Source: Erysipelotrichaceae bacterium (GTDB lineage Bacteria > Bacillota_I > Bacilli_A > Erysipelotrichales > Erysipelotrichaceae). From it: a stretch of 32,000 nt of DNA. A program made the translations under genes and the position numbers. Under the pieces are notes generated by a model. The model was given only the letters and a program-made list of their open reading frames with translations. It made no database searches and was not told the DNA's origin. This document shows positions 1-10,913 of the stretch, piece after piece (position 1 is the first letter of the stretch; each line of letters begins with the position of its first letter). The DNA is taken from positions 360,001 through 392,000 of the forward strand of contig OY760660.1 of NCBI GenBank assembly GCA_963663995.1, read 5' to 3'.

Positions 1-2081
<2,081 letters not shown>

Positions 2082-3101
2082 ATGAAGACATCAGATTTTG
2101 ATTTTGATTTACCTAAAAGTCAAATAGCCCAATTTCCCTTAAAAGACAGAAGTAGTTCTAAGCTGTTGGTTTTAAATCGTCAAGATGATTCGATTAGCCA
2201 TCGACATTTTTATGATCTTTTAGATTATTTAAATAGTGGCGATGTTTTAGTCTTAAATGAATCTCGTGTTTTGCCAGCTCGTCTATTTGGTTTAAAAGAG
2301 GGTACAGGTGCGCATATTGAACTTTTGATCTTAGATACAAATCATCAAATAGAAGCAATGGTCAGAAATGCAAGAGCTGTTAAGTTAGGTACCATTATAA
2401 ATTTTGGTGAAGGTAAACTAAGACTTGAATGTATAGAAGTCTGTGAGATGGGCTTACGTCACTTTAAAATGATAAATGATGGGATTTTCTTAGAAATCTT
2501 AAATGAGCTTGGAATCATGCCTTTACCACCTTATATTAAAGAAAAACTTGAAGATCCTGAAAGATATCAAACGGTTTATGCGAAAGAATTAGGCTCTGCC
2601 GCTGCTCCTACAGCAGGTTTGCACTTTACCCCTGAACTATTACAGAAAATAGAAGAAAAGGGCATAGAAATCGTTAAAATCGTATTACATGTAGGATTAG
2701 GTACTTTCAAACCTGTTGATGCAGATGATGTTAGTCATCATGTGATGCATACCGAACATTATCAAGTTTCTAAATTTAGTGCTGATGCCTTAAATAAAGC
2801 TAAAGCAGAAAAAAGACGAATCATTGCGGTTGGTACAACGAGTGTTAGAACCCTTGAATCTCAAATGCTTAAACATGGAAAATTCATTGAAGAGTTCAAT
2901 GATACCAATATCTTTATTACCCCTGGTTATCAATTTAAAGCGGTTGATACACTGATTACCAATTTCCATTTACCAAAAAGTACACTTGTGATGTTAGTTA
3001 GTGCATTCTATGATAAAGAAAAAGTGCTCAATGCCTATCAAGTTGCGATTGAGAATGATTATCGTTTCTTTAGTTTTGGCGATGCCATGTTAATCCTATG
3101 A
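2082..3101 (+). CDS. queA: S-adenosylmethionine:tRNA ribosyltransferase-isomerase
   Basis: 339 aa. The N-terminus MKTSDFDFDLPKSQIAQFPL and motifs VLNESRVLPARL, PLPPYI, GSAAAPTAGLHFT, AVGTTSVRTLES, FSFGDAMLI are typical of QueA. The ATG directly abuts the tgt stop. Confidence 0.95.
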   Translation: MKTSDFDFDLPKSQIAQFPLKDRSSSKLLVLNRQDDSISHRHFYDLLDYLNSGDVLVLNESRVLPARLFGLKEGTGAHIELLILDTNHQIEAMVRNARAVKLGTIINFGEGKLRLECIEVCEMGLRHFKMINDGIFLEILNELGIMPLPPYIKEKLEDPERYQTVYAKELGSAAAPTAGLHFTPELLQKIEEKGIEIVKIVLHVGLGTFKPVDADDVSHHVMHTEHYQVSKFSADALNKAKAEKRRIIAVGTTSVRTLESQMLKHGKFIEEFNDTNIFITPGYQFKAVDTLITNFHLPKSTLVMLVSAFYDKEKVLNAYQVAIENDYRFFSFGDAMLIL

Positions 3102-3745
3102 AAAATACTGAACCACAAAATACCCGCCAATGGGAACTTCAAGAAATTGAACACGTTAAAGAATTAGGCTATAAACCTAAACTTTTAATGCAGTCATGTT
3201 GTGCAGTTTGTAATGCATGGCCACTTGAATATCTTCATGAAATATTTGATATTACACTCTACTACAACAACTCAAATATTTATCCAGCTGAGGAATATGA
3301 ACATCGTTTAGGTGAATTAAAACGCTATGTTGAACTATTTAATAAGAAATATCAATCATATATTCAAATTGTTGATGAACCTTATGATTATGAAACTTAT
3401 AAATCAGTTTTCTTAGAAAAAAGAAAAGATGATAAAGAAGGGCGACAAAGATGTGGAATGTGTTATGGCTTAAGAATTTCTCAAGCATTAAAATATGCTT
3501 CAACACATGATTTTGAATATGTCACCACAGTGATGACAATATCACGTCAAAAAAACTCAAATAAAATCAATGAAATCGCCAAACGTTTAGCAAGTGGATA
3601 TCCACAAATTAAATATTTCTTTTCTGACTTTAAAAAAGCGAATGGTTTAAACTTCAGTATTAATATTGCGAAGAGTTTAGATATCTATGCCCAGGAATAC
3701 TGTGGTTGTGAATTTTCAATTAATGATCGACATTATGAAGTGTGA
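3098..3745 (+). CDS. queH: Epoxyqueuosine reductase QueH (DUF208 type)
   Basis: 215 aa carrying the three Cys motifs I associate with QueH: QSCCAVCNAWP (usually HSCCAPC), QRCGMCYGLR, and YCGCEFS. ATGA overlap with the queA stop at 3098-3101. Confidence 0.85.
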   Translation: MKNTEPQNTRQWELQEIEHVKELGYKPKLLMQSCCAVCNAWPLEYLHEIFDITLYYNNSNIYPAEEYEHRLGELKRYVELFNKKYQSYIQIVDEPYDYETYKSVFLEKRKDDKEGRQRCGMCYGLRISQALKYASTHDFEYVTTVMTISRQKNSNKINEIAKRLASGYPQIKYFFSDFKKANGLNFSINIAKSLDIYAQEYCGCEFSINDRHYEV

Positions 3746-3773
3746 TTGATTAATTATTTTACTTTGATATACT
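3746..3773 (+). promoter_or_regulatory. Sigma-A-type promoter for the valS T-box leader (TTGATT, 16 nt, TGaTATACT)
   Basis: -35 TTGATT at 3746-3751. Extended -10 TGaTATACT at 3765-3773. It lies directly after the queH stop and upstream of the T-box leader. Confidence 0.5.
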
Positions 3774-3779
3774 ATATTT

Positions 3780-4000
3780 TGTAAAAACACAAAAAACAGA
3801 AAAAAAGACTTACTGGGTCATGTAGAAAGTTTTGGGAAGATGTAACAAAACCAAAGGTAAGAGATAAGTCCTTCTGTAAAGTTGAATACTGAAAGTAGTA
3901 GGTATTTCCGTAAGCTGTGCGTTAAACAGACTTGAGCTTAATAAACATTAAGAAATCTAAGGTGGTACCACGATTTATTCGTCCTTGTGCTACCTTTTTT
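3780..4000 (+). promoter_or_regulatory. T-box riboswitch leader (valS-associated)
   Basis: - T-box sequence AAGGUGGUACCACG at 3959-3972.
- Antiterminator: 3959-3962 pairs with 3983-3986 and 3970-3972 with 3980-3982, leaving a 7-nt UGGUACC bulge.
- F-box-like GCGUUA at 3920-3925.
- Stem III hairpin CUUAAU/AUUAAG at about 3937-3952.
- AG-bulge-like AGAAA (3824-3828) followed by a 6-bp stem (3829-3834 with 3846-3851) and a loop ending GAUGUAA.
- U6 tract at 3995-4000.
- Valine GUA triplets occur at 3857-3859 (followed by A), 3895-3900 and 3910-3912. I could not assign the specifier with confidence. Confidence 0.85.
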
Positions 4001-4020
4001 GTGTTTTAGAAAGGATTGTA

Positions 4021-4620
4021 ATGTTGAAACTTGATTTACCCGTATTAGAATCAGATCGTTTAATTTTACGTCCTTTTAGACTAGAGGACGCAAATGACAT
4101 GTTTGAGTATGCATCAGATCTTGATGTACTCAAGTATTTATGGTGGGAAGTACATTCCAGTATTGAAACCACAATCAATAGTATAGAAACTCGATTTATG
4201 ACATCTAATGAAAGAAATCTACCAACAGCTTATGCAATTGAAGTGAAGAAAGATCATAAAATGATTGGTAGTATTGATGTACATACCGTTTTATTTGGTG
4301 ATGTCGGGGTTATTGGCTATGTCATTAATAAGAACTATTGGGGACAAGGACTCGTTACAGAAGCTTTAGAAATGCTGATTCCAACTCTGTTTCACTACAG
4401 TGGATTCTATCGATTAGAAATCAATCACTGTGCAGATAATATAGGCAGTCAAAAAGTCATCCACAAAGCAGGTTTTATTGAAGAAGGCAGATTTAGAAAA
4501 AGACGAACTGAAAGAGATGGACATCGTGGGGATTACATCTTCTATGGTTTATGTTTAGATGATGATATCGTCAAGGAAAGGTACACAAAGGAAAATTATG
4601 AAAAATATCTTAGAAAATAA
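4021..4620 (+). CDS. GNAT family N-acetyltransferase (RimJ/RimL-like, Acetyltransf_3 type)
   Basis: Start taken at ATG 4021 (SD AAAGGA at 4010-4015). The track start at 3985 would lie inside the T-box terminator. Family-typical motifs: LESDRLILRPFRLEDANDMFEYASD, IGYVINKNYWGQGLVTEAL, NIGSQKVIHKAGFIEEG. The last 23 nt overlap the valS start. Confidence 0.85.
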   Translation: MLKLDLPVLESDRLILRPFRLEDANDMFEYASDLDVLKYLWWEVHSSIETTINSIETRFMTSNERNLPTAYAIEVKKDHKMIGSIDVHTVLFGDVGVIGYVINKNYWGQGLVTEALEMLIPTLFHYSGFYRLEINHCADNIGSQKVIHKAGFIEEGRFRKRRTERDGHRGDYIFYGLCLDDDIVKERYTKENYEKYLRK

Positions 4621-7159
4621 ATACAATAGCACTCAAGTTGAAGATGGACAGTATTTAAGTTGGATTAAAGCAGGTCATTTTGAAGCAAATGATCCTGATA
4701 AAAAACCATTTACCATCGTTATTCCACCACCAAATGTTACCGGTAAACTTCATTTAGGCCATGCATGGGATGTTTCTTTGCAAGATATCATTGCCCGTTT
4801 TAAACGTATGCAGGGTTTTGACATGTTGTGGCTGCCTGGAATGGATCATGCCGGTATTGCGACGCAAGCAAAAGTTGATGCAAGACTTAAAGAAAGTGGA
4901 ATTTCACGTTACGACATTGGACGTGAAGCATTTTTAGATAAAGCATGGGAATGGAAAGAAGAATATGCAAGACATATTCGAGCACAATGGGGAAAAATGG
5001 GACTTTCACTTGATTATACGCGTGAACGTTTTACCCTTGATGAAGGTTTGAATAAAGCGGTTAATAAAGTTTTTATTGATCTATACAATAAAGGTTTAAT
5101 CTATCGTGGGACACGTCCTATCAATTGGGATCCAATCGCACAAACAGCTTTAAGTAATATTGAAGTTATTCATAAAACTGAACAAGGAAAAATGTATTAT
5201 CTAAAATATTTCTTTGAAGATAGTGATGAATATCTAGAAATCGCAACAACTCGTTTAGAAACACTAGCTTCTGATACAGCTGTTGTAGTACATCCAAATG
5301 ATGAAAGATATAAAGATATCGTCGGTAAGAAAGTTATCACACCTTTCAGAAAAGAAGCTGTACCAATTATTACAGACGAATATATTGATATGGAATTTGG
5401 ATCAGGTGCGATGAAATGTAGTGCCCATGGTAATGGGGACTATGAAATCTTAATTAAAAATGGTTTAGAAGTTCGTGAATCCATTAATCCTGATGGCTTA
5501 CTAAATGAAAATGCCCTTGAATTTGCAGGAATGGATCGCATTACAGGTCGTTTAGCGATTGCTGAAAAACTAATTAAAGAAGGTCTGATGGTTCGTGTTG
5601 AAGATCATACTCATGAAGTAGGTCATTCAGAAAGAACTGACGCAGTGGTTGAGGTTATGGTGATGCCTCAATGGTTTGTTAAGATGGAACCTTTAGCTCA
5701 ACAAGTATTAGAGTGGCAACAAGATCCTGAAAATAAAGTTAACTTTGTGCCTGATCGCTTTGAAAGTATCTTGACTAATTGGATGAGTAATATTCAAGAT
5801 TGGTGTGTTTCACGTCAAATCTGGTGGGGACATCGTATTCCTGCTTGGTATCGTGGAGAAGAAGTCAAAGTTCAAGTCGAGTGTCCAGGAGATGATTGGC
5901 TTCAAGATGAAGATGTTTTAGATACTTGGTTCTCAAGTGCTCTATGGCCATTTAGTACTTTAGGGTGGCCAGAAAAAACAGAAGACGTTGCTCGTTTCTT
6001 CCCAACTGATGTATTAGTTACAGGTTATGACATTATTTTCTTCTGGGTGAGTCGGATGGTTTTCCAATCGATTGAATTTATGCATGATCGTCCATTTAAG
6101 CATGTCTTAATTCATGGTTTAATTCGTGATAGTGAAGGGCGCAAGATGAGTAAATCACTTGGTAATGGTGTTGATCCAATGGATGTTATCGATCAATACG
6201 GTGCAGATGCTCTACGTTTCTTCTTAACAACCAATTCTGCGCCTGGTTTGGATTTACGTTATTCTGAAGAAAAAATGGATGCTTCATGGAATTTCATTAA
6301 TAAGTTATGGAATGCTTCACGTTTTGTTTTAATGAATACAGATGAAACGTTTGTATCAAAAATATTAAATGCGAGTGATTTATCTCCTATTGATCTATGG
6401 ATTAGTGAGCGTTTTGATGAAACGTTAGAAAAGGTAACTGCCGCAATGGAGAAATTCGAGTTCTCTCTAGCTGGTAATTTCCTCTATGATTTTGTTTGGA
6501 ATGATTACTGTTCATGGTATATCGAATTATCTAAAGCAAATTTAAACAGTGATGATCTTAAACTTAAAGAAGGCACACAACAAACACTTGTTTCTGTGCT
6601 TAGAAATATTCTAAAGTTATTACATCCTTCAATTCCAATTGTAACCGAGAAAATATTTGAGAACTTTGAAGAAGGAGCATTATGTGTTGCCTCTTGGCCA
6701 AATGCTTATAACTTCAAAAATGAAAAAGCTTTAAAAGATGTTTCAGAACTAATCTCTTTAGTTACTGATATTCGATCTCTACGTACAGAATATGATATTA
6801 AACCTTCTCAAGCCTTAGAAATTAAATTAGAGAGTGAATTTACCTTTGCTGAGCATCTTGAGAAATTAGTTAAAACAAGTCTGATATCAAATGTTAGTGG
6901 TGAAGTGATGATTCGACCTTATGAGGGCGGTTCATATTCGATTGATGGTTCAAAACTTATTGATAAAGAAGCTGAAAAGGAAAGACTTGAAAAAGATGTT
7001 AAACGTTTGGGTGCTGAAATTAAGCGAAGTGAAGGAATGTTAAACAATCCGAAGTTTGTTAATAATGCTCCAGCGGCTAAATTAGAAGAAGAAAAGAATA
7101 AATATGAGGAATATAAACGACAATTTGAAATTGTTAAAGAAGCCTTAAGTAAACTTTAA
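4598..7159 (+). CDS. valS: Valine--tRNA ligase
   Basis: HIGH motif PPPNVTGKLHLGHA, KMSKS motif, and a C-terminal coiled-coil tail. Start taken at ATG 4598 (SD AAAGGAAAA at 4587-4595), which gives MKNILENKYNSTQVEDGQY, the usual ValRS N-terminal length. The track start at 4559 is an upstream in-frame extension. Confidence 0.95.
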   Translation: MKNILENKYNSTQVEDGQYLSWIKAGHFEANDPDKKPFTIVIPPPNVTGKLHLGHAWDVSLQDIIARFKRMQGFDMLWLPGMDHAGIATQAKVDARLKESGISRYDIGREAFLDKAWEWKEEYARHIRAQWGKMGLSLDYTRERFTLDEGLNKAVNKVFIDLYNKGLIYRGTRPINWDPIAQTALSNIEVIHKTEQGKMYYLKYFFEDSDEYLEIATTRLETLASDTAVVVHPNDERYKDIVGKKVITPFRKEAVPIITDEYIDMEFGSGAMKCSAHGNGDYEILIKNGLEVRESINPDGLLNENALEFAGMDRITGRLAIAEKLIKEGLMVRVEDHTHEVGHSERTDAVVEVMVMPQWFVKMEPLAQQVLEWQQDPENKVNFVPDRFESILTNWMSNIQDWCVSRQIWWGHRIPAWYRGEEVKVQVECPGDDWLQDEDVLDTWFSSALWPFSTLGWPEKTEDVARFFPTDVLVTGYDIIFFWVSRMVFQSIEFMHDRPFKHVLIHGLIRDSEGRKMSKSLGNGVDPMDVIDQYGADALRFFLTTNSAPGLDLRYSEEKMDASWNFINKLWNASRFVLMNTDETFVSKILNASDLSPIDLWISERFDETLEKVTAAMEKFEFSLAGNFLYDFVWNDYCSWYIELSKANLNSDDLKLKEGTQQTLVSVLRNILKLLHPSIPIVTEKIFENFEEGALCVASWPNAYNFKNEKALKDVSELISLVTDIRSLRTEYDIKPSQALEIKLESEFTFAEHLEKLVKTSLISNVSGEVMIRPYEGGSYSIDGSKLIDKEAEKERLEKDVKRLGAEIKRSEGMLNNPKFVNNAPAAKLEEEKNKYEEYKRQFEIVKEALSKL

Positions 7160-7171
7160 TCAAACACATTG

Positions 7172-7203
7172 AAGAAAGGGACAGGAATTGTCCTTTTCTT
7201 TTT
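7172..7203 (+). terminator. Rho-independent terminator after valS
   Basis: Stem 7172-7183 pairs with 7189-7200 (AAGAAAGGGACA / UGUCCUUUUCUU, one G-U pair). The loop is 5 nt, and the U tract runs on to 7203. Confidence 0.8.
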
Positions 7204-7276
7204 ACATTAATCGACTGATTCAATGTATTAATAACAGTAAAAAACGTCAACATTTGTGAAAGTAACACCGATTCAA

Positions 7277-7306
7277 TTGTAAGGACATCAAATAATTTAG
7301 TATAAT
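7277..7306 (+). promoter_or_regulatory. Candidate ppdK promoter (TTGTAA, 18 nt, TATAAT)
   Basis: -35 TTGTAA at 7277-7282 and -10 TATAAT at 7301-7306, about 40 nt upstream of the ppdK ATG. Confidence 0.5.
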
Positions 7307-7346
7307 GAAAACGCTTAGATTTTTGTTTTACACAATAGGAGGACAC

Positions 7347-9974
7347 ATGAGTCATAAATATGTTTATCAGTTCTCTGAAGGAAGTGGGGCACAGAAAAAT
7401 CTCTTAGGAGGTAAAGGGGCAAACCTAGCCGAAATGACTAATTTAGGTATGCCTGTACCACAAGGGTTTACAGTGACCACAGAAGCTTGTACTCGTTATT
7501 ACGAGGACGGTAAGAAAATCCATTCAGAAATTGAAAAAGAAATCTTCGAAAATTTAGAGAAGTTGGAAGTTATCACAGGTAAAAAGTTTGGGGATAAAAA
7601 TAATCCATTATTGGTATCTGTAAGATCGGGTGCACGTGCAAGTATGCCTGGTATGATGGATACCGTTTTAAACCTAGGGATGAATGATGAAGTTGTTGAA
7701 GTCGTAGCTGCACAAACTAATAATCCACGTTTTGCCTACGATTCATATCGCCGTTTTATTCAAATGTTTTCAGATGTCGTTAAAGAATTATCAAAAAAGA
7801 AATTTGAAGAAATCATTGATGAAATGAAAGAAGAACGTGGGATCAAATTAGATACTGAATTTAGTGCTGATGATCTCAAAGAAATGGTTGTTAAGTTCAA
7901 AGCGTTCTATAAAGAACACACTGGATTAGATTTCCCACAAGATCCTGTTGTGCAAATGATTGATGGGATTGAAGCGGTTTTTAGATCTTGGGATAATCCT
8001 CGTGCAATCTACTATCGTAAAATGAATGAAATTCCTCATTCATGGGGAACAGCTGTCAATGTTCAAATGATGGTTTTTGGGAATACTGGTGATGATTCAG
8101 GTACTGGTGTTGCCTTTACGCGTAATCCTTCTACTGGTGAAAAGAAACTCATGGGTGAATTTTTAATGAATGCCCAAGGGGAAGATGTAGTTGCAGGAAT
8201 TAGAACCCCTGAAACCATTGATCAACTCGCTAGAATTATGCCTAACGCCTATGAAGAATTCGTACAAATTTGTGACAAATTAGAAGATCATTATCGCAAT
8301 ATGCAAGACATGGAATTTACCATTGAAAAAGGTAAACTTTACATGCTACAAACACGTAATGGTAAAAGAACAGCTGCGGCTGCTTTAAAGATTGCGGTTG
8401 ATTTAGTTGCAGAAGGTATGATTGATAAAGAACAAGCAGTTTTACTTGTTGAACCTAAACAACTTGATACACTCTTACATCCACAATTTGAAACACAAGC
8501 TTTAAAAGATGCGCCTGTTGTTGGTAAAGCCTTACCGGCATCACCTGGTGCAGCATCAGGTAAAGTTGTTTTCAATGCCGATGACGCAGTGCAATGGAAA
8601 AACCGAGGTGAAAAAGTTATCTTGGTCCGTTTAGAAACATCTCCTGAAGATATTGAAGGAATGTATGTTGCCGAAGGTATCTTAACAGCTCGTGGTGGGA
8701 TGACATCTCATGCGGCTGTAGTTGCTCGTGGAATGGGACGTTGTTGTGTCTCTGGTTGTGGTGATATTAAATTTGGAAAAGACAAAACCTTTACTTTAGG
8801 TGGACAAACATTTAAGGAAGGTGACTTTATCTCCTTAGATGGTTCTACTGGAACCATTTATGGGGACAATATTAAAACGATGCCAGCAAGCATTTCTGGT
8901 GACTTTGAAACCTTAATGTCATGGGCTGATGAAATTAGAACTTTAAAAGTTCGTACAAATGCGGATACACCAAAAGATGCTGCACAAGCTGTTAAGTTTG
9001 GAGCAGAAGGGATCGGGCTAACACGTACAGAACATATGTTCTTCGAAGGTGATCGTATTCAAGCTGTTCGTGAAATGATTGTTTCTAAAACAGAAGAGCA
9101 AAGAAGAGCTGCTTTAGCAAAACTTCTTCCAATGCAAAGATCTGATTTTGAGGGTATTTATATGGCGATGGAAGATCGTCCGGTAACAATTCGTTATTTG
9201 GATCCTCCGCTTCATGAATTCCTACCAACTGATCAAGATGATATTGTTGATTTAGCAAAAGAAATGAATATGGAAGTCACTGATCTAAATGCGATTATTA
9301 CTTCTTTACATGAATTTAACCCAATGATGGGTCATCGTGGTTGTCGTTTAGCTGTTTCATATCCTGAAATTGCTGAAATGCAAACACAAGCTGTGATTGA
9401 AGCTGCGATTAATGTGACACGCAAACATCCTGAATTCCATATCAAACCTGAAATCATGATTCCACTTGTCGGTGAAGTTAAAGAACTTAAATACGTTAAA
9501 GACATTGTTACTAAAACGGCGGATGCTTTAATCGCAAAAAGTGATGTGAAAATTGAATACATGGTTGGAACCATGATTGAAATTCCTCGTGCTGCACTGC
9601 TTGCTGATGAAGTTGCAACGGAAGCTGAATTCTTCTCATTTGGAACCAATGATTTAACACAAATGACTTTTGGTTTCTCACGTGATGATGCGGGTTCATT
9701 TTTATCACATTACTATGATGCGAAAATCTATGAATCTGATCCATTTGCACGTTTAGACCAAAATGGTGTTGGTAAATTAGTTGACATGGCATGTAAGTTA
9801 GGTAAACAAACTCGTCCAAATATCAAACTCGGTATTTGTGGTGAACATGGTGGTGACCCTTCATCGATAGACTTCTGTCATCGTGTTGGATTGAATTATG
9901 TATCCTGTTCTCCATTTAGAGTACCTATTGCGAGATTAGCTGCCGCTCACGCTGCTATCAATAATAAAAAATAG
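7347..9974 (+). CDS. ppdK: Pyruvate, phosphate dikinase
   Basis: 875 aa. Starts MSHKYVYQFSEGSG behind SD AGGAGG (7338-7343). Phosphohistidine region GGMTSHAAVVARGMG. C-terminal PEP-utilizer motifs FFSFGTNDLTQ and GICGEHGGDP. The track start at 7305 lies inside the -10 box. Confidence 0.95.
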   Translation: MSHKYVYQFSEGSGAQKNLLGGKGANLAEMTNLGMPVPQGFTVTTEACTRYYEDGKKIHSEIEKEIFENLEKLEVITGKKFGDKNNPLLVSVRSGARASMPGMMDTVLNLGMNDEVVEVVAAQTNNPRFAYDSYRRFIQMFSDVVKELSKKKFEEIIDEMKEERGIKLDTEFSADDLKEMVVKFKAFYKEHTGLDFPQDPVVQMIDGIEAVFRSWDNPRAIYYRKMNEIPHSWGTAVNVQMMVFGNTGDDSGTGVAFTRNPSTGEKKLMGEFLMNAQGEDVVAGIRTPETIDQLARIMPNAYEEFVQICDKLEDHYRNMQDMEFTIEKGKLYMLQTRNGKRTAAAALKIAVDLVAEGMIDKEQAVLLVEPKQLDTLLHPQFETQALKDAPVVGKALPASPGAASGKVVFNADDAVQWKNRGEKVILVRLETSPEDIEGMYVAEGILTARGGMTSHAAVVARGMGRCCVSGCGDIKFGKDKTFTLGGQTFKEGDFISLDGSTGTIYGDNIKTMPASISGDFETLMSWADEIRTLKVRTNADTPKDAAQAVKFGAEGIGLTRTEHMFFEGDRIQAVREMIVSKTEEQRRAALAKLLPMQRSDFEGIYMAMEDRPVTIRYLDPPLHEFLPTDQDDIVDLAKEMNMEVTDLNAIITSLHEFNPMMGHRGCRLAVSYPEIAEMQTQAVIEAAINVTRKHPEFHIKPEIMIPLVGEVKELKYVKDIVTKTADALIAKSDVKIEYMVGTMIEIPRAALLADEVATEAEFFSFGTNDLTQMTFGFSRDDAGSFLSHYYDAKIYESDPFARLDQNGVGKLVDMACKLGKQTRPNIKLGICGEHGGDPSSIDFCHRVGLNYVSCSPFRVPIARLAAAHAAINNKK

Positions 9975-9979
9975 TATAA

Positions 9980-10014
9980 AAAAAGTAATGGAAATTGATA
10001 TCCATTACTTTTTA
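9980..10014. terminator. Bidirectional terminator between convergent ppdK and the VOC gene
   Basis: Stem AAAAGUAAUGGA (9981-9992) pairs with UCCAUUACUUUU (10001-10012) around an 8-nt loop. It is flanked by A-rich sequence 5' and U-rich sequence 3', so it can act on both strands. The 3' arm contains the stop codon of the minus-strand gene. Confidence 0.8.
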
Positions 10015-10913
10015 ATTAGATTGATTTGTATACCACTAGGATCTTGGAAAATAATTTTATTATTAACTTCCTTAGTGGGAATATTATATTCATTTAGTCG
10101 CTTGATTAAGTCTGTGTAATCACGTGAACTTAACTTTAATTGAAAAGAGTTAAAAGCTTTAATGAAGTTATTTGATTTAAGAATATTGCCTTTCCATTCA
10201 TTAAAAGCAATCATGTGATACTTTTGTCCTGGCAAACCGACATCTGCCATGTGGAAGGGCTCATAAAGTATTCCTTCAGCAAAGCCAACGACTTCTGTAT
10301 AGAATTTATAGTTTTCAGCAACATTACTTGCATAGATATGAACATGTCCAATTCCAACATCATCCTTTAATACATTTTCAATGACTGTATCAGGTTTTAA
10401 GTGTGAATAGAGTTCATTCATATCTAATGAATCACGTCCTTCGCCAATGCTTCCATCAGCATATTCAACATAGATTTGATTTCCATCTTGAATGTATTGA
10501 GAACGTTCTGGAGTTCTAATATAAAGTTCAATACTATTGCCATCAGGATCTGTTAAATAAGTTGTTTTTGAATAGCCATGATCAGTTGGTGCGTGTGGAT
10601 AGTGAAGATTATCTAAGTGTTTTAAAGCCTTTGCAAGTTCTAGTTCATTTGGATATATAATCGCAAAATGATAGAGCGAACTGTGATTAGAAACTTCTTT
10701 TATACTTTTTACCTCCGATATTTTAAGAAGTATCTTATTTTCAGTTCCTAAATAAACTTGATCGTTTTCATGTTTATGAATTTTCATTCGTAAAACATCA
10801 GTATAAAAGGGGATTAAACGATCTAAATAGTTTGTTTGACCATAAACACGAGATATTTCTGTATCAACACTTAATAAAGCGGATGAGTTAATTAAGTTTA
10901 AATTTTTCTTCAT
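10005..10913 (-). CDS. Two-domain VOC (glyoxalase/bleomycin-resistance/extradiol dioxygenase) family protein
   Basis: About 302 aa with two VOC-like modules (YLDRLIPFYTDVLRMKI... and GIGHVHIYASNVAENYKFYTEVVGF...), resembling CatE/Mhq-type ring-cleavage dioxygenases. The start is ambiguous: ATG at 10913 or GTG at 10919. There is no SD. Confidence 0.75.
   Translation of the reverse strand: MKKNLNLINSSALLSVDTEISRVYGQTNYLDRLIPFYTDVLRMKIHKHENDQVYLGTENKILLKISEVKSIKEVSNHSSLYHFAIIYPNELELAKALKHLDNLHYPHAPTDHGYSKTTYLTDPDGNSIELYIRTPERSQYIQDGNQIYVEYADGSIGEGRDSLDMNELYSHLKPDTVIENVLKDDVGIGHVHIYASNVAENYKFYTEVVGFAEGILYEPFHMADVGLPGQKYHMIAFNEWKGNILKSNNFIKAFNSFQLKLSSRDYTDLIKRLNEYNIPTKEVNNKIIFQDPSGIQINLIKK

Noticed and set aside
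3985-4020. ORF-track 5' extensions: 3985 for GNAT, 4559 for valS, 7305 for ppdK, 11979 for DUF1543, 12584 for ald, 16032 for the dipeptidase, 17141 for hpf, 17757 for sepF.
   Set aside because: In each case a downstream ATG has a properly spaced SD and gives the family-typical N-terminus. The extension would run through a terminator, a -10 box or the preceding gene.
7255-7268. cre-like (CcpA) site TGTGAAAGTAACAC upstream of ppdK.
   Set aside because: Only the left half (TGAAAG) fits the cre consensus. The central CG and the right half-site are missing, so it is too weak to call.
7134-7355. Minus-strand 73-aa ORF spanning the valS-ppdK intergenic region.
   Set aside because: It runs through the valS terminator and the ppdK promoter and SD. 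The translation is not protein-like, and the region is better explained by those signals.
8339-9819. Minus-strand ORFs 8339-8575, 9332-9649 and 9511-9819 inside ppdK.
   Set aside because: They lie entirely antisense to a strongly supported, full-length ppdK. Their translations are low-complexity or unrecognisable and have no SD or promoter context. These are typical antisense-frame artefacts.
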